This document shows positions 35,408-46,561 of a stretch of 64,000 nucleotides of DNA, piece by piece. Each line of letters opens with the position of its first letter. Position 1 is the first letter of the stretch. The DNA is from Macrostomum lignano (Eukaryota), in NCBI GenBank assembly GCA_002269645.1, contig NIVC01000690.1:186001-250000 (forward strand), written 5' to 3'. The notes beneath the pieces were generated by a model. It searched no databases, was not told the DNA's origin, and worked only from the letters and a program-made list of their open reading frames with translations. Position numbers and translations under genes: made by a program.

Positions 35408-35584
35408 TGTTGACTATATTATTAATAATAACACAATAATAAAAATACACAAAAAAGCATGACACACGTACTGATGACAACCTTCGAACGCAGGTTAACT
35501 CTTGCATCTGTAATATAAAATTGTAAATTTAGCATAGAATATCATATATATATACATACAAAATTATCACAAGTGTCTAAAGAA

Positions 35585-35661
35585 TCAGATAAGATTGAAG
35601 GGTAAAATATTAATATCAGACCTAGCTAGAGCTGATCATATGGCAGAATCAATTACATCAT
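35585..35661 (-). ncRNA. Box C/D snoRNA family Y
   Basis: C-like ATGATGT, guide TGATTCTGCCA, D' ATGA, D CTGA. Confidence 0.68.
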
Positions 35662-35914
35662 TTTAGACTTTTGTTTGAAATGCAAATGTTTCAAGCACAG
35701 AGCTGTATATGAATGCTAAAAATGCGCATTTTACTCACTAGTCCCTAAGATATGAATTTCCCAAAATAACTTACTTAAACGAAATTCTATTGTTGCGTGT
35801 GTTTAAGATCTGCGTCTGAAAAAAGATGATAAAAACATGATGTTGTAGTTATGCAATTAATTTAAAATATGCTTTATGGTACTAAATAGTTTATTTGTTC
35901 AATAAATAAAGTCA

Positions 35915-35981
35915 TCAGAAACAGCCTCTAAATTGTCGATCAGATTTTGATCAGATGCTTGGTGAATGTATTACTCATCAT
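35915..35981 (-). ncRNA. SNORD95: Box C/D snoRNA, U95-like
   Basis: All boxes and guides. Confidence 0.82.
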
Positions 35982-36029
35982 TCAGTAAATAAAAACAGTA
36001 TTTTTTCTAAAACTAAGATCCCACAAAGG

Positions 36030-36550
36030 TGGAATGACTCTGGGATCTAAGGTGACACTAACACAGTGACCCTGGGATCTGAGGTGACAGAGTGACCCTG
36101 GGATCTGAGGTGACAGAGTGACCCTGGGATCTGAGGTGACAGAGTGACCCTGGGATCTGCGGTGACAGAGTGACCCTGGGATCTGAGGTGACAGAGTGAC
36201 CCTGGGATCTGCGGTGACAGAGTGACCCTGGGATCTGAGGTGACAGAGTGACCCTGGGCTGAGGTGACAGTGACCCCGGGATCTGGGGTTACAGAGTGAC
36301 CCTTGGCTGAGGTGACAGAGTGACCCTGGGATCTGGGGTGACAGAGTGACCCTGGGATCTGAGGTGACAGTGACCCTGGGATCTGAGGTGACAGTGACCC
36401 TGGGAGCTGAGGTGACAGAGTGACCCTGGGATCTGAGGTGACAGTGACCCTGGCTGAGGTGACAGTGACCCTGGGAGCTGAGGTGACAGTGACCCTGGCT
36501 GAGGTGACAGAGTGACCCTTGGATCTGCGGTGACAGTGACCCTGGGATCT
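36030..36550. repeat. 24/26-bp satellite, array 5 (a short related remnant lies at ~36710-36795)
   Basis: Direct. Confidence 0.93.
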
Positions 36551-36582
36551 GCTCTTTTACGAGCTATAGTCAATGCAAATCA

Positions 36583-36649
36583 TCAGAAACAGCCTCTAAA
36601 TTGTCGATCAAAATTTGATCCGATGCTTGGTGAATATATTACTCATCAC
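36583..36649 (-). ncRNA. SNORD95: Box C/D snoRNA, U95-like (D' mutated to CGGA)
   Basis: C and D boxes and D guide intact. Confidence 0.75.
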
Positions 36650-36861
36650 TGATTCACAGAAATTCTCCTCAAATTGAAAATTAGTTCTAACCGCAGCAAC
36701 TAGACGGTGAACTAAGGAAACAGAGTGACTTAGAGATCTGAGGTACTGTGACAGAGTGACCCAGGGATCTGAGGTACTGTGACAGAGTGACACTGGCCTA
36801 CATAAATGGTAGTCTAAACATATATTTATATAATTCAACAGCCAAAAAAGCACAAGTCAAT

Positions 36862-36928
36862 TCAGGGTTAAAAAGCTCAAAGTTTGCAATCATTGAAATT
36901 GCAATCATTATTGGATCTATGTCATCAC
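36862..36928 (-). ncRNA. SNORD36: Box C/D snoRNA, U36-like
   Basis: GTGATGACATAGATCCAAT..GAGCTTTTTAACCCTGA. Confidence 0.85.
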
Positions 36929-37130
36929 TTAAGTCTTGTGCTGGTACAATTACATGTAATAAAATATTAAAAGTACAAAGAGAATAATAAGACTGAAAAC
37001 TTACCACGATGACAATTTAGCAAGCAGAGGACCATTTAGTCTGCAAGTGTGAATGGATAAATAAAACATGATAAGTATTTTTGTTCCGTTTTCAGAGTAG
37101 AGAAATGCAATAAATTTAAAATATGTATTA

Positions 37131-37205
37131 TCAGATGAATTTGGAACGGTAAATTAATTAATATCAAATTTATATCTAGATCATATGGCAGAATCTATTC
37201 ATCAT
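37131..37205 (-). ncRNA. Box C/D snoRNA family Y
   Basis: C, D', D boxes and guide intact. Confidence 0.72.
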
Positions 37206-37411
37206 TTTATGTGTTAAAATTTGTCACTGTAACGTAAATCACACTTTTAATACTCACCAAAGTGAAAATAGCACTGAAGAACTTATTAAAGTCTGACAGG
37301 ACGAACAATTGTTCCATCTGAAAAAAAAACAGAATATGGTGGCAGGTGGTGAACAAAGCGATAGTAAAAATCAAAACTATACACGGCAAATATACATGTA
37401 TACATTCTAAA

Positions 37412-37474
37412 TCAGTAATAGATTTCCCTATCATATTGTTAAATCAAACAATGTAGGTAAGTGTTATTCATCAT
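37412..37474 (-). ncRNA. SNORD34: Box C/D snoRNA, U34-like
   Basis: C box, CTTACCTACATTGT, D' TTGA, D CTGA. Confidence 0.82.
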
Positions 37475-37662
37475 GATTAAGTTTTTGCCTGTTAACTATT
37501 TATCATATTTAATCGTGCTTGTTTTAAACCGAAAAATCAAACTCACCACAATTTCAACTAAATTGAAGATTTCGGAAACCAGTCTGAAAACAGTTTAAAG
37601 TCTTTGAATAGTAAAAATGTAAATATTTTCTATTAAAATGCACAATAACTCCTACAAAATAC

Positions 37663-37724
37663 TCAGCTGCTTGGTGTACTCATCAGTTTGCTAACAATCA
37701 AACAATGTAGGTAATATTCATCAT
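37663..37724 (-). ncRNA. SNORD34: Box C/D snoRNA with U34-like D' guide plus CACCAAGCA guide at box D
   Basis: ATGATGA, TTACCTACATTGT-TTGA, C' TGATGA, CACCAAGCAG-CTGA. Confidence 0.78.
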
Positions 37725-37994
37725 TTACAGTCATTGACTCATTTACATCAACAAATAATTCATAATTAGAATTCACTTACACCTAGATGGCAGAGAGAAC
37801 TCCCAGTTCCCCGTGTCAAGGAGGCTCGAAAAACTAAAAGCAATACAAAGAGTTCTTTAAAACTGAATAATTTGGTATTTTAGTCATCCATTCAGTTCAT
37901 CTGCACTTTTCTCTGTTTACTCTCCCTCTCTATCTAGTTCAGTCCTGTTGTTCTTATCTCTGTCCCTCCTTCCTTATCATTGTCTCCCTTCTGC

Positions 37995-38300
37995 CTTCTG
38001 ATTGGCTCTTTAATCTCAACTTTTTTCCTCAGTCGCGTTCTCTACCCCTAATTTTCTTATCTATCCACGCTTAACACATATTACACACCCCTAATTAAAT
38101 ACTTCTTTCAAATAGACTTGTTTGGGTGCCTTATTTAAAAATTCTTAAACAATTCCCAAATGCCTCGTTTTTATGGTGAGTTAATTGGTGACTTAATTTG
38201 TTAACTAGTTAGCTTATCTCCTCCCGTCTCTGTTTTCTTATCTACTGCCTAGTTTAGTGTTGTTATCCTTATCTCCTGCTGCCTTCTGATTGGCTCAGAT
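37995..38300 (-). promoter_or_regulatory. Two CCAAT boxes (AGCCAATCAG) at ~38000 and ~38287, candidate host-gene promoter
   Basis: Duplicated plus-strand CCTTCTGATTGGCTC matches the NF-Y consensus; position upstream of most of the cluster; function is inference. Confidence 0.3.
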
Positions 38301-38818
38301 GATCACGTCTCTTTTCTCAGTCTATCTATACTAAACAAACCTTACTAATTGAATACCCCTCATAAAAAGACTTGTTCAGGACTGCGCCGCCACTTACTAA
38401 TTTAATTTCTCTAAATGATCTCTGATATAACCCAACTTCAATTAAGCTAATATACTAGTCACTTAACATTAGTTTTGTCTGAATTTTCTCTACATGAAAC
38501 CGAATGTAATTTAGCTTTAATTGACCAGAAATATTAGCAGCTGACTTATTAGTGTGTACTTATTAGTATGTTGTCTGATTTTTTTCTATAGAACACTATA
38601 ACAAGTCTACCAAAACATGATATTAAAATGCAAGTCATTAAAACGCATTTAAATTCTTAATAAAGTATGATCTTACCTATTAAGAGAATTAAAACCTTAT
38701 AACAGCACAACCAAAATGCCTAAAATGTAAACAACAGAAAAATTATATCATTTTCATATTTTTAGTGCTGGGAAAATTCAAAGAAAATGTATTCGCATAC
38801 ATTGTATGCATGCATTAC

Positions 38819-38887
38819 TCAGAAACAGCCTCTAAATTGACTATCAAAATTAAATTGGTCAGATGCTTGGTGAAAGGTACTCATCAT
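38819..38887 (-). ncRNA. SNORD95: Box C/D snoRNA, U95-like (most upstream copy)
   Basis: ATGATGA, TTCACCAAGCAT-CTGA, AGAGGCTGTT..CTGA. Confidence 0.8.
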
Positions 38888-40859
38888 AATTGTATGCATA
38901 TTTATGATAAAAGAATAAAGAAATGAAATTCACTAAAAACATACCTCAGAATTCTTGAAAAAATTATTGGCTGGTTGAAATCTGCAATTGAGTAGGATGC
39001 AAAATTATAAAAATGGTCTTATTACATTTTAAGGACAAGAAAAATAAGGACATTTAAAATTAATTATGTTATATGCAAACTAAATTTGTAAGGTATAGCA
39101 AGATTTTTATAGACCTTGGCTTTAGTATAAAGGAAATTAGCTTTAGTGTCAGAAATTTCTAGCATATTTGTGTTAGCTAGTTCATACCTAGTGCACAAGT
39201 CTTATAACATATAACTTGATTATATGTCAAAACATTAGGTATGTTGCATGCACTACATAGATTAGTATATACACAAGCATATTTATTTTCAACCAGGAAA
39301 AGGCTCTGCTAGGCCCCTATGTTATGCTATTATTGTTTGTTAAAGCATTCAATATAAATTTTGTTGAAGTATATAAATAGTAAATTTTTAATAATAAAAT
39401 AAGAACCATATAAAAACAACTTAAAAATTTCAAAATTATAAATCCTACTTTTGTGCTGCAACAATAAAGGACCTTTTTCCATTATTATGTTTGACATTTA
39501 TATATACATTATAACAAAATATGGGTATATTACTTCTTTATAGATTAAAAGTAAAAACTTGCATAGTATAAAAACTTGCAAATACACATGGTTCTGATAC
39601 ATTATTATTGAAAATAGCCCTATTGCATTTAATTAATATTTTTTGTTTGCATTCTTACTAATTCTTAGTCTTTTTTTAAATCTTACTTTTTTCAAAATGT
39701 TCTACTTTTGTTACAGAAACTATAAGACACTTGCACCTATTTTGAAGCTGCTTTTTATACCACTTTTTGTATACCAAATATAACTTTCTAAGATTCAAAC
39801 ATGCTAAATATGGATACCAATGAACTATAAAGGGCTTAACATATACCAGAAAATTCTAGCATATAGGACACCTTTTTGACTATGTTCTAGACCTTGGGAT
39901 TAGGAAAGTGATATATAGGCTTAGTAGTTGGATAGTTATAGTCATTCTCATTCTAGCCTTTCCTTTACTTTACAATTTAAAAAAATTAAAGATACACAAA
40001 AATCTTTGGACTTTGTATAAAAACAAAAATAATTTAAATAAAAAAATTATACAAAGATCTCACCCACACTCTAAATCATGTATTATAATATATGTCTAAA
40101 AATCTGGGCATGCACTGGACCCATAATCATAATATTTTAAAAAGACTTTATACAAATTATTATACAAAAGTCTTTTTTTAAGGAAATTCTACTCATAAAA
40201 ACAGAATGACCTTTTTTAGGTGGAATTTTTGGAATACATTTTAGGGAATTTTTATGCTTTTGGGCCTTGGTGTACACTGGCATACATTCAGCTAAGAAAG
40301 GATTCTTGTTCTAGTATACACTACTACACCATCAAGACTTTGGGGCATTTGCCAATATTTATATTTGGAGCAGCTATTCTAGTAAACCTGGTATTAGCAG
40401 TTTAGCTACTCTTGACTCAACTAAAATCAACTAAATTATTACCCAACTAAAAAGGTCCTTTACGTAACACAAAAAGGTCATTTTTTGTTGCAACACAAAA
40501 AGGTCCTTTATTGACATATTGTTGCAATATATTTTTTGATTTGTCCAATATATAGATCCCAAGTAGATTTTTTTTCTATATCAAAAATTCAAAATTTATA
40601 ACTATGGCAATCTATGCCATGGTGCCTATGGAATCTATGGAATGTGACAGCAACACTATATTTCTATGGGCATATCCATAGCTGCCATAGGCACCTATTT
40701 TACCATATTTGCCATAGGATCCCATAAAATCAAATCAATTTGATTTGATCCCATCAAATAAATCAAATCAATCAATAAGAAAACCAAAGCTCTTATTGCA
40801 CATAGAAGAATCTTTTTGAACCAAAATAAAAAAGATATCCATACTATCACTTGCAATGA

Positions 40860-41580
40860 CTTTTATAGGTCACAGTTGCTTTGCCAGGTACTGTTTCCTT
40901 TGAAGTGCCCAGCAGAGCAAACTCTGCCCTTTTTGCAACCTCAAGAGAGAACAAAGATGCCAAGTAGAGGTTGAATGGGATTGAAATCTTTGAGCAGGAT
41001 CGGGATCAAGAATAATTTTTTTCTCAGGATCGGGATTGGGATTCGGGAATTGGGATCAGGTCTTTTAGTGTATTGTCCATGTAAAGTTAAACAAAATTGA
41101 GAAAAGATTGTTAAAATCAAGAAGTAAAACACAACAAAATTGATATGAAGTTTTGTAACCAACAAAGTAAATAATATAACGTAACGAGTACAAGTTAAAG
41201 CAAAATACCTTCAAGTAATTACTAATTCTATAATTTTTTAATCAAAAGACTTGTTGCCGAATCTCGAGTTTTTTAGGCCTAGGATTGGGATTCTGGTCCC
41301 GCGGGAATTCAATTTTCCTTGAGATCCCGAGGGCCAAGATTTTGGGATCAAGATTGGGATCCTATCTAACCTCTAATGCCAAGCACTTTGTCTGATACTA
41401 TCCAGCCTTCAACTGAAACTGGCTCAACCACCTCAGGCCCAACCTGTCCCTGGACGATGTTTGCCAGCCCAAGAACATCCCACGGCTCATCTGGATCTGG
41501 TTCCTTTGGGCCACCAAGCGAGCCTACGTCTTCTCCACCGAAGACGATGCAGACAGGACTGGCAGACCTCCCTGACCGGC
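40860..41580 (+). pseudogene. Decayed non-LTR retrotransposon (LINE) 3' fragment, split by a MITE
   Basis: Joining across the MITE gives GHSCFARY..LCPFC..DAKHFV, a broken CCHC zinc knuckle typical of LINE ORF2 C-termini, with stops and frameshifts. Confidence 0.5.
40965..41375. mobile_element. hAT-type MITE
   Basis: Imperfect TIRs TAGAGGTTGAATGGGAT / ATCCTATCTAACCTCTA; perfect 8-bp target duplication ATGCCAAG at 40957-40964 and 41376-41383. Confidence 0.82.
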
Positions 41581-42518
41581 CCCGCGCCCTAGCCTATGCG
41601 GGCCTTTCAGGGATTAGTGGAATGGGCGTCGCTCGCCTGTCGCCTCCATGCTGCATCTTCGGACCGCCCTGCAGCTAAGTCAAGTAAGTCAATAGGTCAT
41701 GTAGACACACTAGATGACGAAATGACTAGAAACCGGGGCTGTGTAGCCACTGAGCCCCTGTCCGTCTGCACTGGCGGAACCGCCACTGCGTGCCTATTTC
41801 GATTAGGGATATGCCGTATTGATAAAAATTGATATGTATAGGCTAATTATAATATTATCATAATCATACCCATGGGCATGATGGCTATGAATATAATATA
41901 CACAAGAAAAAATATAGACCCAGTAGTATAGTGTGGCAGATTAGTAATAGCTGATCTGTGTCGTTTTAAATTCCATATTTTACGTTTACCAAATGAACTG
42001 TTAATAAACTTTGAAGCGTGCGAACAAGATTAAGAAGAGCGCGGAGCCGCTCCGCATTGAGGAAAAGGGAGAATCCTTTTCAAAAATTATTCAGTTGAAA
42101 GGCAAATTTAGTATTTTTTTATACATTTTAATCAAAACAAAGAAAAAAATTAGGAAAAGTAAAAAATTTATAGTTTTTTAATTACATTTTTAAGCATTAT
42201 AAAATTGCTTTGTTTCACTTTTTGTAATAATAAACGGAAATTTTAAATCCTTTCATTGTAACGAAATGAAGGGCCGAGACAAACATTTGAACTTTCAGCC
42301 GTCGAGAGTGCCAAGTCAGAGCGCGAACTCTTATTAACAATCGATGATTTATATTTATATTGGTTACTTATCAGTCATTAAAACAAAAGTTTCATTATAA
42401 AATTATCTTGCAAAATAACATAAATTACATACAGTAAAAAGTACAGTGATATAAATACAATATAAATACTATAATACCAATACAACCTGATAAGAGTAAA
42501 TACGAAATCGTTTACTTT

Positions 42519-43208
42519 GGGTGCGTTCGAGTGACTTAAAATGACTTAAACTGCCATTTTAACGTCCTTAGTAAAACAAATGTTAAGCAGACTAAATGTA
42601 AAAATAATCTAGGTAAATGATAGTCAAATTACAATTAAGAATTAATTCAATTTCTAAAACCGGTCTAAGATTAAAAAACGTCACCTATACTTCTTTCAAC
42701 TCAACCTGAACGCCTAGGCACCGTTTTAACTTCTCTCGCAATTACCACATTTAATCGTAATTGAATATTTTGTATTCTTCACCTTTGTTCTATCATTTGC
42801 TTTCACGTCCTTTTGCTCAGTTCGCTGTCCGTCATTATAGTCTTTGAATAATTGCTTAGTACTAATATTGTTTATTTATTAATTGTTATTACATAGTAGC
42901 ATAAGTCTTTTAGCAAAAGACGTGAAAGCAAATGATAGAACAAAGGTGAAGAATACAAAATATTCAATTACGATAAATGTGGTAATTGCGAGCGAAGTTA
43001 AAACGGTGCCCAGGCGTTCAGGTTGAGTTGGAAGAAGTATAGGTGACGTTTTTTAATCTTAGACCGGTTTTAGAAATTGAATTAATTCTTAATTGTAATT
43101 TGACTATCATTTACCTAGATTATTTTTACATTTAGTCTGCTTAACATTTGTTTTACTAAGGACGTTAAAATGGCAGTTTAAGTCATTTTAAGTCACTCGA
43201 ACGCACCC
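42519..43208. mobile_element. Foldback/MITE with ~300-bp near-perfect inverted arms (possibly PIF/Harbinger-type)
   Basis: GGGTGCGTTCGAGTGAC..GTCACTCGAACGCACCC, arms complementary almost throughout, ~90-bp spacer, flanked by TTT on both sides. Confidence 0.8.
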
Positions 43209-46200
43209 TTTTAAATTACATACGCAGATATGTTACATCATGCGTCACGCAGCGCGGCCCGCGAACACAACCAACCATTATGATTCTTACTTCGTGCTAC
43301 TTGTTCTACTTGCTTGAGTAGTCCTTGTGCTTGCATGCAGCTTGAATGAGTGAGTTAGTGAGAGAGTGAATGCATGAACCTTTCGCATATCATCTTAAAA
43401 TCGCACCATGAAAGTGAGCATAGGCCATAGGGTAGGGTGCGATTTGGCACCTTGTTTTTGGCGAAAAAGAAAACCCTGATCCCTACTTCTACTTGCTGAA
43501 TCTAGTCAATTTGGTAATTTGTAATTTGGTAATTACTTGGGTAATAACCTTTTGGTCCTTTTTGATAATAACTATTTTGGTGACAGACAATAAGACCTTG
43601 GCTTGGACTAATATGATATTGATAACATAGCTATTATTGTTAACATTGTCATTGGTGTAAGACCATGATGGCCACACACCAAGATGGCCACAACATTGAA
43701 TATTTATTATATCTACTCTCTTTTTCTATCTATCATTAATTAGCAAAATAAAATATTAAATTATTATTGTTTAATCAATTTTAGGCCTATTCATAAATAC
43801 TGATACAATAATAGATTTGAAACTAATTAGGCCTAATTAGGCCTATAATACAAGACCTTTATTATTTTTAGTGTTTGTGCCAATTTATTCTCTATCAAGT
43901 ATCATCACATCTATCATATCTATCACAATCTGTTTATTAAGAAATGATTGCTAATGGTAATGCTAGCTATGCAATTACAAATAATTAGGATAAGTATGTA
44001 AATGTCATAGGGTAGGCCTATTTATTTTGTGCTAGGTTACTTGTTTCATATAGTGGATAAATAGGTAGGCCCCTATAAGTTAGGCTACAATAAAAGCTGG
44101 CCTAAGTCCAAAAGGAATGATTATAATACAATTCTATTATAAATATAAAATCTATTTTTCTAATTACTAAAAAGGAGAGGAGTTAAATATATTTATCTAG
44201 TCTTATTATTATCTATTTAGACATTTAGAGCTATGGCCATCTTGGTATGTGACCATCTTGGTCATGCGCCTTGTCATTAGTCTTACACTTATAAGAATAT
44301 TAGATTTTTTAGCTTGATCTATCTTTAGCAGAAAAGAATGTCATCATTACAATTTTCATGTCTAATAGGCCAACAAAAAGTTATAATAAAAAAGCATATA
44401 AGAGGCATATAAAACATTTGTATATTTTTTATAATTATAATTTTCAATGATTACTAGGCCTATTCCTTTGATTTACAATCATTTTCCACCTACATTTCAG
44501 TTTAGGATCCCCATGTAAATTTCTATTTTAGCAATGATGGCCTATTCAAAAATCGAAAAAACTAGGCCTGGGCATATCCGCATATTTGGTTCATTAAAGA
44601 AACTGAATTAGAATAGAAGATCTAGTGACTTGACTCTTGTGTCTAATGTCTTATATATCTATTTTGGTTCAGTTAAATTCATAATTATTTACATATATTG
44701 TTTCCATTTATATGATCATAAACCAAAGTGGGTATATAACTAATATAAGATTATCTTTATGGATTTGTCAATGGATTTGGAACTAGGGACCTATAAAATT
44801 GATCACTAAAATCCTTTTATACATGCTAAATAAAAGATAATGTTATAATGGATAACTAAAAAGAACATACATGCGCAACAGTCAGCCGATCTGGCCAACC
44901 GATTTGGCGGCCAATCAATGAAGTCGCAAAAATGCCCACCAAAAAAATACCAAAGTAGTAGTACTAAGTAGCTGACAAGGCATTTTGACTTAATAAAACA
45001 TTTTTTTACATGTAAGTTGCATTTTTGGCCAAAAACCGTTGCATTTTTGTTAAAACAAAGTTGCATGGCTGACCAAATTTTAGAGGTTACGCATGTATGA
45101 AAAAGAATAGGAGTGCTTATCAATTGTTGGTTTGTATTTTGATAAAAAAACATTGTCTTATCCCTCTCTAAGGGATAAGCTATCCCTCCCTGTCTTATCA
45201 CTAATTTCAATGATCTTAAACCAAAGGAATGCCTAATGATTTATATGCATAAATAGAAGGATTTTTTGCTTCAAATTTGTTTAAATAAAGTATCTTACCA
45301 ATTTTTCCTAAAAAGTTATTGGCATATACATAGTGACTAGCCTTGTTATTTTCTTATAAGATTATACTAGACCTTAGGCCAAACTTTTAATGCTCTTTGG
45401 CCACAAAAATGTAACTTTCCATGTTTATTTGACTGGTTGAAAACCATTTAATTGTAGCAATCACATTGTATCAAGAGCTAGCCTTTAAAGTATGATTGAA
45501 AAAAAGTTTGTTGAAAAAGTAGAGCACATTTTTAATCTTTTTGGCTATTTTGTTTTCTAGTAGAGAGGTGATGGCATGTTTTGAAAAAGGTAAAAAATAG
45601 AAGGTTAAGTGATGCATACTCTGCTTTCAATAAAAATATAACCCAGATGTTAATACAAGTAAATTTTAATGATTTTTTGTAACAGAGTTTGGGTATTAGG
45701 CATTTGCACCTTTTATTCATTGAAATATGTACCATGGGATGGTGGGTAAGTCAGCTGCATTGGTGAGATTCTATTCTGAGAAGTTGAAATTGTTATATCA
45801 ATAGATCATCCAATATGAATTAATCTACTTTAGATTTGATATGCTTCTAACCAATAAACAAATAGACACTGAATCAGTCTTCTAAGTTCTAGAATCTAGT
45901 TAGCACTATCTTGTGAAAAAGTTATGTCTTGTCTAGTCCTAGTCACCAGTTGATGTTTAAATATATCATAAAGAGGCGCCCCCAGTATCTTAGCATGGTA
46001 TTGATCATTGATAGGATTTGACACTAGTGGTAAGTACTTAATGTCCTATACTTACCATTGGTTACTTGCTTTACTCATATTCCTAGGCTTTAACACATTC
46101 TTCTGTTCAGGACATATTGTCTCACTCATGGCTGGCAAATCTGCAAGAACATTTTGGTATTCACAAACAAATCAGTTTGATTTGCCTAGTTTATGTAATA

Positions 46201-46561
46201 GGCTAGGATCTAGGTCAATGAAACAGACAGTTATGCAACCAGATAAAGGCTAACAGAAGCCAGTGTGTTCCCACACAGGTGTTGGGGATTGTTGATCCCC
46301 AATTGCACCCCTCCTACTAATCTGGCTGTATGGTCGGTCATTTTTCCAGTGTATCTAAAAATAGAATGCCAGAGTGCCATTGAAAGTAAAGTGAAATCTG
46401 AATCTTTCCCCTTTAACCCTAATAGAAGAGATAGGCAGGCTCCCACGTTTTGCCATGGTAGATATAGATAAATGTGCACCTCTAAATGTACATTGTGAAA
46501 TCTTTCCTATCCCTAGTCAATGTGCATTTCTTTCCTTCCAGTTCGACCCTACTATCAAGCA

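Larger units (their letters stand above)
15270..38990 (-). ncRNA. Putative non-coding snoRNA host gene (UHG/GAS5-like): many 30-70 nt exons, snoRNA-filled introns
   Basis: Recurring minus-strand donors (plus ACTTAC/ACTCAC, e.g. 15561, 17148, 18854, 19132, 19657, 20319, 22110, 26777, 37775) and acceptors (plus CTGAAA/CTAAAA) alternate with C/D snoRNAs; no long ORF; candidate AATAAA at 15285-15290; 5' end uncertain. Confidence 0.75.

Noticed and set aside
35465-35505. Possible hammerhead ribozyme CTGATGA-stem
   Set aside because: No GAAA after the stem; the sequence is a host exon paralogous to ~37005-37045
40595-40730. Imperfect CTATGG/CCATAG hairpin region
   Set aside because: Degenerate; probably an old MITE interior with no definable ends
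39000-46500. Short AT-rich ORFs (39908, 40220, 43489, 44806, 45532, 46008-46479)
   Set aside because: No motifs, codon-like bias or splice context; consistent with random ORFs
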